In this document: one piece after another, positions 30,801-40,300 of the stretch
How the letters are laid out: each line of letters starts with the position of its first letter
Numbering within the stretch: the first letter of the stretch is position 1
Virus record (IMG/VR): IMGVR_UViG_3300023184_002375
Span: 1,725 to 65,724 of that record
Source of the DNA: a virus
Taxonomy: Duplodnaviria; Caudoviricetes
Reading direction: 5' to 3' (one strand)
Length of the DNA stretch: 64,000 nucleotides
Position numbers and translations under genes: made by a program
The notes under the pieces: generated by a model
Told to the model about the DNA's origin: nothing
The model's database searches: none
The model's input: the letters and a program-made list of their open reading frames with translations, nothing else

Positions 30801-33800
30801 TGGTGGTAGTAATGTAAGTGTTTCAAACGCAGCCGCAGGTGGTAGTGGTATTGTTATATTTAGATATCCGGCATTTCTTGGTGATGCGGCTAGATCTCCC
30901 ACTGACCTTACTGATACAAATTTAAAGAATACTACTTTATTATTATCAAGTAATAGAACACCAACTGCACTTACGCCTGTGTATTCGACTACATCATCTT
31001 CAAATTCATTTGTTGTTGATTATTTAATTGTTGGTGGCGGCGGAGGAGGTGGTGGTAGCACCAGTACAGTCACCGGAGGTAGCGGAGGTGGTGCCGGTGG
31101 TGTAGTAGCAGCAGTGGGCTATATACCACCTGGTTCATTTAATACTATGTTTTATGCAGACACTGCATATACCAATGGGTTAGCAACATATCCTACTACT
31201 GTTGGCGGGTGGGTTAATGCTGGTACAGATTTTATCAGTAGTAGTGCTTCTGGATATAATTGGCAATATGACAATAGAGGTAATAGTGCTCCTGCTGCAA
31301 AAACCACGGCATTAAGTGAACAAACATCTTATTATATAGAAATTTATTGTGGTGCTACTGTATTAGGACCATATTCTAATCAAACTGGTAATCGAGGATT
31401 ACAGATTGGTCTTCTTAGAAATAGCCAAACAATTACAACTGGATGGACTGGAATAGATCTGTTTGATGGAAATATAATTGCTAATGATGTTACTCAAAGT
31501 TCTCCATTAGGAGGATGGGTCACCGGTGACATATTAAACATTGCCTTTGATCCAATAAACAATAAACAATGGTTTGGAAAAAATGGAGTATGGTGGAATG
31601 GAATAACACCAGGCACATCTGGATCAGGTTGGAACATATCGGGTACTGGATATCTAACAATTGGTTTTTCAAATCAATCTAGTAACAGTTCTAGTATGCA
31701 GGGTGTATTTAGAAAGTCAACAGCAAACACATATACAACTCCTACAGGATTTATTCCCTACACATCGGGTATTATATTAACATCTAGTACTTGGACTATC
31801 ACCGTTGGATCAGGTGGTGCTGGTGGTACAAGTGGTGCAATTCCAACTAGTGGTAGTAGTGGTGCAAATTCAAGTATCAGTTTCAGCAATACTAATTTTA
31901 TTGCCTATGGTGGAGGTGGTGGTGGCGCACTTATTTTATCAACTTCTACGATTGGTAGTTTATATTTTAATGGTACAAGTAACTATTTAAAAATTACCAA
32001 TTCAGTTAGTTTTTTTAGTGTTTTTGGAAATGTAGGAACTGGATCTAAAACTATTGAATTTTGGACCTATTACATTGCATCAGGTGCTGGGGATGTAGCA
32101 TATACCTATGACAAATATAACATATTTGGAAATTGGGTAGCATCGTCTGTAAACGGTAGATTTGCATTAGGGATTAATAATTTTGATAAATTTTCTTTTA
32201 CCTATACAACCGGCCCCGCTGCCGCAAGTGTTGTTTATACCAGTGCATCTGTGCCTAAAGGTACATGGACTCATATAGCATTTGTCTGTGTTGGTACTTC
32301 GGCTATTACAATCTATATTAATGGAGTAGGAGAAACACTAACTGTTGATTTGTCGACACATGTTGGAGCCAGCGCAGTTGTCAATGATAGCAGTGTTTGG
32401 TATAACATAGGTGGTCAAAATCAAACCGGTGCAGGTGGAACTTATACAGGTTACTATAATGGTTATATAACTAATTTTAGAATAGTAAATGGCGTAGCAG
32501 TATATACTGGTAATTTCAATGTACCTGCTGGCCCATTAACACTCACACAATCTGCTAATCCGTTTGGTGGTAGTAATACGCAGGCCATACCTTCTGGTAC
32601 ACAATTGTTATTATCAGTTAATTCTGCTACTTCATATATAACTGATTCAAGCACCAACAATTTCTCTATAGGTAATGCAACTGGTGTTACATATTATTAC
32701 TATGCTCCACTTACACTTTTAAGTAACTATCAAGGCGGTAGTGGAGCCAGTGGCGGTGGTGGATCATACAATGTTGGCGGATTTGTCACAGTTAGTGGAC
32801 AAGGAAATGTTGGTGCTCCTACCAGTTCTATGTTACTTGCATCCGGCGCCAGTTTAAGTTTTAATGGTAGTAGTCAATACCTTAGTGTTCCTGACAATAT
32901 AGTATATCAATTTGGCACAGGTAATTTCACAGTTGAACTTTGGTTCTATCCAACATCTATACCAGCAGGATTTCCTGCTTTAATAGGTAGATGGGATTCT
33001 AGCCTAGGAAGAAGTTGGGTTCTACAATTCAATGCAACGTCATTAATCTGGACAACGGGTGCAGCGCTTGTTTCTGGTGGTGATAATACACTTACTGCTT
33101 CGTCACTTTCTATTGCAGCGGCAACATGGTACCATGTTGCTGTGACTAGAACTGGTACAGCACAATATATATATTTAAATGGAGTTCAGGTTGGAACTAA
33201 CTCATCTTCTGTAAATATGACAGGAACTTCTCCGCTATCAATTGGAGTATATGGTATTCCGACATCTCCGTTGAGTTACTTCCCAGGTTACATTAGTAAT
33301 GTTCGTGTGGTAAAAGGTCTAGCAGTATATACTGGTGCTTTTACAGTACCCACACGTGTGTTAACTATCACACAAACTGCTAATCCCTATGGTGGTAGTA
33401 ATGTACAGGCGATATCTACCGCAAGTTATACATCGTTATTATTAACATCATCATCTATAACTGATCTGAGTAGTTATAATTCTACTGTAACCAATAACGG
33501 TAGTGTTGTTACCACTAGTTCATACCCACCTATTAATCTGTTTACCTATCCCGGCGGCGGTGGCGGTGGCGCTGGTAGTGCAGGATCGTGGAATGCAAAC
33601 GCAGTTACTGGTGGTAGCGGAGGGGTTGGTACTTATACCAGTATACTTTCAACTGCTACTGCACTATCTGCAGGTGTTGGACAAGTTGTTGGATCGCTTG
33701 TTTATTTTGCCGGCGGTGGCTCAGGTGCTGGTACCTCTTCGGGTAGTAGCAGCCTAGGCGGCGGCGCCTTATTGGGTAATGGAACACGTTATACAGGTGG

Positions 33801-36800
33801 CGGTGGTGCCGCCGGCTGGACTACCAATACCGGTACTGGTGTTTTTAGTTATTCTTTTAGCAGTGGCCAAGGTAGTTCGGGCGGTGCAAGAAGTACTGCC
33901 CTAAATGACTCCGGCAGTTATTATTTTGAAATAGTATATACCAGTGGTACTTTTCCTTTATTTGGATTAGCACGGGATACCAGTGTAGGTGGATACACTA
34001 GTAATGTGCCATCAATATTTGCCTTCGACGGCACTGGATATGGAGGAATGACTGGTGGAACCACCCTTGGACAATATGTAGCAGGCGATATAATACGAAT
34101 AGCCTATAATGCATCAACAAATAAAGTATGGATTGGTAGAAATGCTGTATGGTATTTAGATCCTGCAAGCACTGGAGGAACTACTATACCCGGAACTGGA
34201 AATTTACGTTTTATAATTATGAGCGGCACCCCGTCGGGCACACAAATGGCTGGTACATTTAGATACTATACATCTAATACCTATTCTCCACCAGCTGGAT
34301 TCACTGTAATAAATGCTCCTGTTGCATATGCAATATATAACTCTGAAGGGTGGGTATCGGCCAGTACAGATTATAATCCTGTTGGTTCTACTACCAGTGC
34401 AGGTGCAGGTGGTAGTGGTGTAGTTGTTATTCGTTACCCTAATATTCAACCAGATGCAACTATTACACCAAGTTCTGCGGCAACTTATATTAATACTGGT
34501 GGATATAAAACTTATATTTTTACGGCCACTAGTACTATTACTTTTGCTAATTCTTCTACTTATTCTACAGTAAATTATATCACTGGATATACTAGTGGAA
34601 CACCAATTATTAATAATAGAACAATATCAGATAGTAGTTATAATAATATAGTTATTAATACGGCTACTACTACACTTGCACAGGGTACATTTAGTCCCTA
34701 TGGATCAATGTGGAGCACATCATTTAATGGTAGTACAGATTATCTTGCATTTGCTAGTACCGGTACTATCTTTGCACAAAATTCATTCTTTGGAGCAAAT
34801 AAGAGCTTTACCATTGAAGCATGGTTAAATCCAAATGGATTTCAAACATCTAATACTGCTACTGTTATTTTAGGTGATGCATTACCTATAGGTTCTGGAT
34901 TAGCCTGGAGCGTGGGTCTTGATGCACAACTTAAACCAATGATGTATTGGAGAGACATCATTAATGGTAACAATTTTATAACTGCGACTAATTCAATATC
35001 AACTGGTACATGGAATCATGTAGCTTGGGTATCAAATGCAGGTACACCTACAATTTATATAAATGGATTAAATCAGATTGTTACAACATCAACTATTAGC
35101 ACACTTACTAATACCACACAAACTTTTGGAATGGTAGTTGGACCTTACTTTAATAAATTTTACAATGGTTCTATCAGTAATCTAAAAGCATCAACTAGTG
35201 TTTTATATTTGCCGGATAGTAGAGGAAATGGTGCAAGTGCATATTTTAATGGAACAAATTATTTGTCAATTGCAGGAAGTCTCTCTTCTACTTTAGTATC
35301 TGCTACGTGGGGTCCGGCTACTATTGAAGCTTGGGTATGGCCAACTTCTACCGTTAACCAACATATATTTTCAAGTGCTCAGCAAGTGTATTTAGGCGCC
35401 AATCTAGTTCCTTTTAACCTGTCAACATTTAATGGACAACCCAATGACGGTGGCTACTATATTGGATTTGGCAGCTATAATGGTACAGCGTGGAATAGTT
35501 TATTAACTACAACAACTCCACTGAATATAAACACCTGGCAACATATTGCAGCAGTTGTGAGCGGTGAGGCCACCAAAACAATATCTTTATATCTTAATGG
35601 AGTATTAATTGGATCAAAATCTATTGCCAGCAGTGGTGGGTGGAATGGCGGCGGCAATACTAATAATATCTCTTATATTGGTGCCCGATGGGACAGCCCG
35701 GCATATTTTACTGGTTATATTTCAAATGTACGTTTCTCAAATACTGCAACAATTTATACTGGTAACTTTACACCACCGGCCTTAGATTTAACAAATGTTT
35801 CAGGAACACAACTTTTATCATTATTAACAACTAATACAACAGTAAAAGATAATTCAGCAAATTCATACGTTGTAACTCAGGTTGGCGGAACTAGAAATAA
35901 TCCTCTAGTTGGCGGATTTGCTCCCTTCACTAGCACAACATATACTTCGTTCACTCCATCTTTGATACCATTTAATGCACCGGTGAATACAGTATTGCTT
36001 ACCTGTAATACATATAGACATATTGATATTAGTACATCATCCATAGCTATTAATACAGGAACAATTACTAGCACCCCAAGAATACAAAGATATTCACCAT
36101 ATTCCATGGGCTATGCATATAATCCATTGACCATAAGCGGTAGTGCTTCTTTTAATGGTTTTAGTGATTTTGTTTATACTACTACTGCCACTGATATTAC
36201 TAATTTTACTGGTACTGCAACTTCTTTACAATTTGAATCTGATTTTACCGTTGAATGTTGGATTTATACAACTTCAACAGCAGTTGTTCAAACTATATTT
36301 GACACAGCAGGCAAAGAAGGGAATACTCTTCGTCCAAATGCATTTTCATTGAATATGTCAACGTCGGGGCAATTGTATTTTAATTATAATAATGCAACAT
36401 CGGCATCATCAAATTTACCTGTTTATAGATTTGCATGGACCCATATAGCTGTGACTAGATATTCAGGTATTATGCAAATATGGCAAAACGGATCACTAAC
36501 ACTAGGTGTTAATACAACAACTAATTATTCTACAGGACAAATGCTAATAGGTAGAAATGGTCCAACTGCTACTGCATATTTTTCTGGATTTATTTCAGAT
36601 TTTAGAGTTATAAATGGGCAAGCAATATATACAAATACATTCAATCCACCTGTTGCATCTTTAAAACCCATTGATTCAACTACATCTACTGGTTTATTGT
36701 TGAATTTTAATAATGTTGCAATAGCAGATGCTACAATGAATCATAATGTTATAGTTGTAAACTCTGCTACTATATCATCTAGTGTTACAAAGTATAATCC

Positions 36801-37344
36801 TAGAAGTATATTTTTCCCAGGTGTTTCTGAATATTTGACTGTGGTACCTAATTCTACTTCTAGTTATGCGTTAGGCACAGCTGATTTTACTGTAGAAATG
36901 TGGGCTTATATTTTACCACAAGCAGGATGGGTTGGTGTAAATAATTTACAACCAACTACAAATAGAGCACTATTCGATATGCGAACACAAAATACGGCCA
37001 ATGCTGGTTTTGATATATATCTAACTAATACTGGTACCATAAATGTTAGTACATTAAATACTGTGTATGTAGTAGGAACTACATTTGTTAGCGTAAATAA
37101 CTGGCATCATATAGCATTGGTTAAAAAATCAACTAGTTTTAATTTATACTTAAATGGTATACCTGAAGGCCTTAACACAGCTACATATATAACTAACTTT
37201 ATTAATCCAACTGTACGTATAGGATTTGGTGTTCAAACAGGATATTTTAATGGCTATATTGATGATGTACGTATTACTCGAGGTGTTGCACGTTATTCCT
37301 ATCCTGGATTCCTTGTACCCCAGAAGTCTCTTCCGGTTAAATAA
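27829..37344 (+). CDS. 3171-aa mosaic adhesin: 2 glycine-rich domains, ~3 SPRY-like and ~8 LamG/concanavalin-A-like domains
   Basis: LamG pattern (S.SFNG....FGTGDFTIE.W.Y...W.H.A..R....YING...GYISN.RVVKG) repeated. SPRY pattern (YYFEI...GD.I.IA.....K.W.G.N..W) at ~28130-28760, ~31140-31770 and ~33830-34320. Confidence 0.85.
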   Translation: MTLDLGITRRQRYVSDKTAANVTSSTYAQGGTITSYTYSGTTYIAHIFTSSGIFTVTSDIYPLDFIAVAGGGGGGNSLGSQAGGGGGGGGIVASGLLTTINKVYPSSAYIAVTTSTQANVLGGWVADSVFSDFNGSGAFHFTWRAIQQTAGGARTAVIPEQGADHQQAPLQFYMEIGITGIGPVDVAVALIRDGYPKDGFANMPYLNLNGGAAVGWTGVVTALGTFVAGDTLQIAWDASNAAGVGTYWWAGKNNTWAAGPFNYSNYALTTSTYQANGLRMIFMSAAAGGGSVRGQFRAGNENIYPAPSNGNALGISATTITNYSGYYTTPLGSNYVSSGTTYGVIIGAGGGVNSSSPTAQQGAPGSNGGDTVIYNPINPSFYYSTYFSNSYITATNAAFAFGTGDFTIETWLYPTASYGKYNAAYNIHPIFNSRTFINPDAADRGFIVYLDWYNKVTIQTSGTTYINTVNTVTNGVWSHLAVSRTNNIFNVWINGVKDRNTFFTATNFTNNSIMIGYGSNNNDLTQPTFFTGYLSNYRMVKGLSVYNPGIQGLTAPLTSTQLANVKGTPSTAIAGTLTSLLMLTTSTGAGAFYDSSLGTTATLTNNNVVTASGLGPGTYSGSLSFNGTNQYLTSATSTAFTFGTSDFTVEYWVYYNATNVTFQHAVGNATGSFGYAFGINTNLLHMTTVGIGYATTVIIKIQQWLHIAWARSGTNINVYMNGSWVYTFNNMVDNITETGFAIGARPTPTFYTNGYLSNIRVVKGVALYTNQGNFTPPTTISSATQSTSTNFTINAITTQTVLLTFNTATIVDLSTLSNVLTQTSGTVSISTFAPFTTSTVSLRAFGGGGGGAPTYGNGQIGGSGGGAPGLGHGGAAIPGQGNRGGQGSQSLGSGGGGFAYPGGPAVNEGTWPIYTANGQTPAGYGGAGGYFNHSGAMVAYSGGGGGGSWSITAYGVGLGGVGGGGNGGYYNITSNALIAATAGTRNLGGGGGGSNVSVSNAAAGGSGIVIFRYPAFLGDAARSPTDLTDTNLKNTTLLLSSNRTPTALTPVYSTTSSSNSFVVDYLIVGGGGGGGGSTSTVTGGSGGGAGGVVAAVGYIPPGSFNTMFYADTAYTNGLATYPTTVGGWVNAGTDFISSSASGYNWQYDNRGNSAPAAKTTALSEQTSYYIEIYCGATVLGPYSNQTGNRGLQIGLLRNSQTITTGWTGIDLFDGNIIANDVTQSSPLGGWVTGDILNIAFDPINNKQWFGKNGVWWNGITPGTSGSGWNISGTGYLTIGFSNQSSNSSSMQGVFRKSTANTYTTPTGFIPYTSGIILTSSTWTITVGSGGAGGTSGAIPTSGSSGANSSISFSNTNFIAYGGGGGGALILSTSTIGSLYFNGTSNYLKITNSVSFFSVFGNVGTGSKTIEFWTYYIASGAGDVAYTYDKYNIFGNWVASSVNGRFALGINNFDKFSFTYTTGPAAASVVYTSASVPKGTWTHIAFVCVGTSAITIYINGVGETLTVDLSTHVGASAVVNDSSVWYNIGGQNQTGAGGTYTGYYNGYITNFRIVNGVAVYTGNFNVPAGPLTLTQSANPFGGSNTQAIPSGTQLLLSVNSATSYITDSSTNNFSIGNATGVTYYYYAPLTLLSNYQGGSGASGGGGSYNVGGFVTVSGQGNVGAPTSSMLLASGASLSFNGSSQYLSVPDNIVYQFGTGNFTVELWFYPTSIPAGFPALIGRWDSSLGRSWVLQFNATSLIWTTGAALVSGGDNTLTASSLSIAAATWYHVAVTRTGTAQYIYLNGVQVGTNSSSVNMTGTSPLSIGVYGIPTSPLSYFPGYISNVRVVKGLAVYTGAFTVPTRVLTITQTANPYGGSNVQAISTASYTSLLLTSSSITDLSSYNSTVTNNGSVVTTSSYPPINLFTYPGGGGGGAGSAGSWNANAVTGGSGGVGTYTSILSTATALSAGVGQVVGSLVYFAGGGSGAGTSSGSSSLGGGALLGNGTRYTGGGGAAGWTTNTGTGVFSYSFSSGQGSSGGARSTALNDSGSYYFEIVYTSGTFPLFGLARDTSVGGYTSNVPSIFAFDGTGYGGMTGGTTLGQYVAGDIIRIAYNASTNKVWIGRNAVWYLDPASTGGTTIPGTGNLRFIIMSGTPSGTQMAGTFRYYTSNTYSPPAGFTVINAPVAYAIYNSEGWVSASTDYNPVGSTTSAGAGGSGVVVIRYPNIQPDATITPSSAATYINTGGYKTYIFTATSTITFANSSTYSTVNYITGYTSGTPIINNRTISDSSYNNIVINTATTTLAQGTFSPYGSMWSTSFNGSTDYLAFASTGTIFAQNSFFGANKSFTIEAWLNPNGFQTSNTATVILGDALPIGSGLAWSVGLDAQLKPMMYWRDIINGNNFITATNSISTGTWNHVAWVSNAGTPTIYINGLNQIVTTSTISTLTNTTQTFGMVVGPYFNKFYNGSISNLKASTSVLYLPDSRGNGASAYFNGTNYLSIAGSLSSTLVSATWGPATIEAWVWPTSTVNQHIFSSAQQVYLGANLVPFNLSTFNGQPNDGGYYIGFGSYNGTAWNSLLTTTTPLNINTWQHIAAVVSGEATKTISLYLNGVLIGSKSIASSGGWNGGGNTNNISYIGARWDSPAYFTGYISNVRFSNTATIYTGNFTPPALDLTNVSGTQLLSLLTTNTTVKDNSANSYVVTQVGGTRNNPLVGGFAPFTSTTYTSFTPSLIPFNAPVNTVLLTCNTYRHIDISTSSIAINTGTITSTPRIQRYSPYSMGYAYNPLTISGSASFNGFSDFVYTTTATDITNFTGTATSLQFESDFTVECWIYTTSTAVVQTIFDTAGKEGNTLRPNAFSLNMSTSGQLYFNYNNATSASSNLPVYRFAWTHIAVTRYSGIMQIWQNGSLTLGVNTTTNYSTGQMLIGRNGPTATAYFSGFISDFRVINGQAIYTNTFNPPVASLKPIDSTTSTGLLLNFNNVAIADATMNHNVIVVNSATISSSVTKYNPRSIFFPGVSEYLTVVPNSTSSYALGTADFTVEMWAYILPQAGWVGVNNLQPTTNRALFDMRTQNTANAGFDIYLTNTGTINVSTLNTVYVVGTTFVSVNNWHHIALVKKSTSFNLYLNGIPEGLNTATYITNFINPTVRIGFGVQTGYFNGYIDDVRITRGVARYSYPGFLVPQKSLPVK
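37338..37343 (+). promoter_or_regulatory. Late-promoter-like TAAATA
   Basis: At the end of the 3171-aa ORF, upstream of 37367. Confidence 0.55.
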
Positions 37345-37366
37345 GTGATAATGAGAAATTTGAAAA

Positions 37367-40300
37367 ATGCCATATGATTTAGGGGTAATTAAAAGACAAC
37401 GTAGAGAACCACCTGTTATTTCTACCGGTGCCTATGGTGGAAATTTTGTGGGATTTTATTCCACTGGTTCTAACTACTATGCTGTCCACGTATTCACATC
37501 ATCAGGACAGTTCACTAAACCTAGCTATGTAACTACTACCACTGCTCAAGTATTGGTTGTTGCTGGTGGTGGTGGCGGTGCTACTGCTTCATCTAGTGGT
37601 GGCAGTTTATATTTTAATGGCGTGGCCGCCACTAAACTTACAACTCCTGCAAATGCTGTATTTTCATTTGGCACAGGTGACTTTACTGTAGAAGCTTGGA
37701 TATATCCAACAGCAAGTCCTAGTAATCTAGGACAGATAATCGGTGGGCATAACTCAGGATCAAATGCTGACTGGATATTTGGAGTATTAGCCACCACTAA
37801 TTACATAGTATTTTATGGCACTAATGGCAGTACTAATATTACTTCTGTTTCAGGAGTACCATTAAATCAATGGACACACGTTGCTGTGGTAGTGGCAGGA
37901 ACTATACCAAAAATTTATTTTAATGGCGTTTTAGACAAAACTGGTACATCAATTGGCGGGCTTGGAAATGGTATAATTATTACCGTAGGTGGTGATAATA
38001 CAGGTAATGCTAATGCAGCATTTACTGGTTATATAACTAATTTGAGAGTGGTAAAAGGACTTGCGGTATACTCAGGTAACTTTACCACTCCAAATTATAT
38101 GCTACAATCAACACAGTCTGCAAATCCAGGCGGTGGTAGTAATACACAGGCAATATCAACAGCAAGTTGGACATCATTGATATTAGATGTATTAAGCCCT
38201 ACTGGATATATAGCTGATACAGGTGGCAATACTTTACCAATTACTAATAACGCAAGCACCGTTGTATACAGTTCAACTCTAGTTCCTGCATTTATATCAG
38301 CAATTAGTGGAGTTGGCGGTGGCGGTGGCGCAGGCGGCGTTATAAATTCTTCAACCTACTCTATAAGTACTTCATTAACTATACTAATTGGTGCTGGTGG
38401 TGCAGTTAATATTAATGGTAATGCTAGTACCGTGACCAACGGTGTTACTGTGCTTACTGCATCTGGAGGCGGCACTGGAGGTGCACCATTAAATAATAGT
38501 GGTACTGCTGGTAGCTCAGGCGGCGGCGGTTCAGGCACCGGAACAGGTGGAGCAAATACCAGCACACAAGGTAATGTTGGAGGCGCCGGCGGAAGTCAAA
38601 CTTCTTATGCAGGTGGTGGCGGTGGCGCAAGCACAGCTGGTGGTGCCGCAAATAGTGGAGGCGCCGGGCAAGGTGGATCAGGAACAATTACACTTATTAC
38701 AGGATCTCCAATCTGGTTAGCAGGCGGTGGCGGTGGCGGTGCTAATGCCACCGGATATAACAACGGTAGTTATGGAGGAGGCGGCAATGGCGGAACTACA
38801 TCTGTAATTTCTGGTACAGCAGGACTTCCATATACCGGCGGCGGTGGGGGCGGCGGCGGTGCTAGCACTGGATTTGGTGGCAATGGTGGTAGTGGTATTG
38901 TTATAATAAGTTATGCTATCCCTGCAAATCTATATCCTAGCATTCAATCTGATCCATATTTTAGTAACAATTCTTTATTGTTAAATGCAACCACAGCAAC
39001 AGCCGGAAATTCTGCTTTAATAACTTATAGTGTTTTTACAGATGTTAGTACCTATGGCGTATCTGTAACCAGTGTTGGATCTACTGCTACTACATTAAAT
39101 TCTTTTGATCCAGGATTGTATCATAGTCTTTATTTTAGTGGTAACAATTATCTACTGGTAGGAGTTAATGGTAATTATAACTTTATATATAGCACCACAG
39201 CACTTGTTACTATAGAATTTTGGGTTTATCCAGCATCATTAAGCTCTGCTCCTTTTATTTTTAGTACCAATGCCGGAAATGCAAATTACTTTGGTGGCGG
39301 TGTTCAAATTACCAGTGCAGGAAATATCGCTTTTACTATTTCCGGTGGTAGTGGAATTTTTATTGTTCAATCAACCAGTGCTGGAACAATACCAACAAAT
39401 GCTTGGTCACACGTGGCAGTTACTTGGAACTATGCGGGAAATACTGGAGCATTCTATATCAATGGAAATCAATCAGGAACATTTACTCGAGGTACAGGAG
39501 TTGGTGTTACTGCCAATTCTTCACTGGCATTAATAGTAGGACAGTCTGGCTCAAATAGTAATTTTTATAATGGATATGTATCTAATTTACGTTTGGTAAA
39601 TGGAACAGTAGTTTACTCTGGTATTTTTATACCATCGAAAGAACCATTAAGTACAATACAATTTGCACCTTCTGTAAATGTAGCAACTATTACAACAGGT
39701 ACAACGGCATTGGTAGGAAAATTTCTAACTACAGCTCAGACCATTGCTGATTATAGTACATTAACAAATTCAATATCTAACGTAGGAGCGGTTACTGCAA
39801 GCACATTAAATCCATTTACACCACTAGTTAATGAAAGTGCTTATTTTAATGGTAGTAGTCAATATCTTGCTATGCCAGTAACTGGATCTATTTTTGAACT
39901 AGCTGGTTCAAGTTTCACCATGGAATGTTGGGTATATATCCCCACTTCCGGCGGCGGCACAATATGGACATTAGGAACAACTGGTATTTTCCTCACAACC
40001 CAGGCCGGTGTTGACGGTAACGGGTCTGTTTATTTTCAAACTGGTTCCTATGCTCCATCTAGTTATTGGTTTATTGGCTGGAATGGAATGAAAGCTGCTA
40101 CTCCAAACAGTGTTGTTACTAACAACACTTGGGCACATATTGCTTTTGTAAGAGATAGCAGCACATTTAAAATATTTGTTAATGGAACACAACAAGATTC
40201 ACGCACTTTTATTGAGCCTAACTCAATAGCTGCAGGACCTGGAGGCTATACAGCATTCATTGGCAGTTATTATGGTACTAGTTTCTTTACTGGATATATT

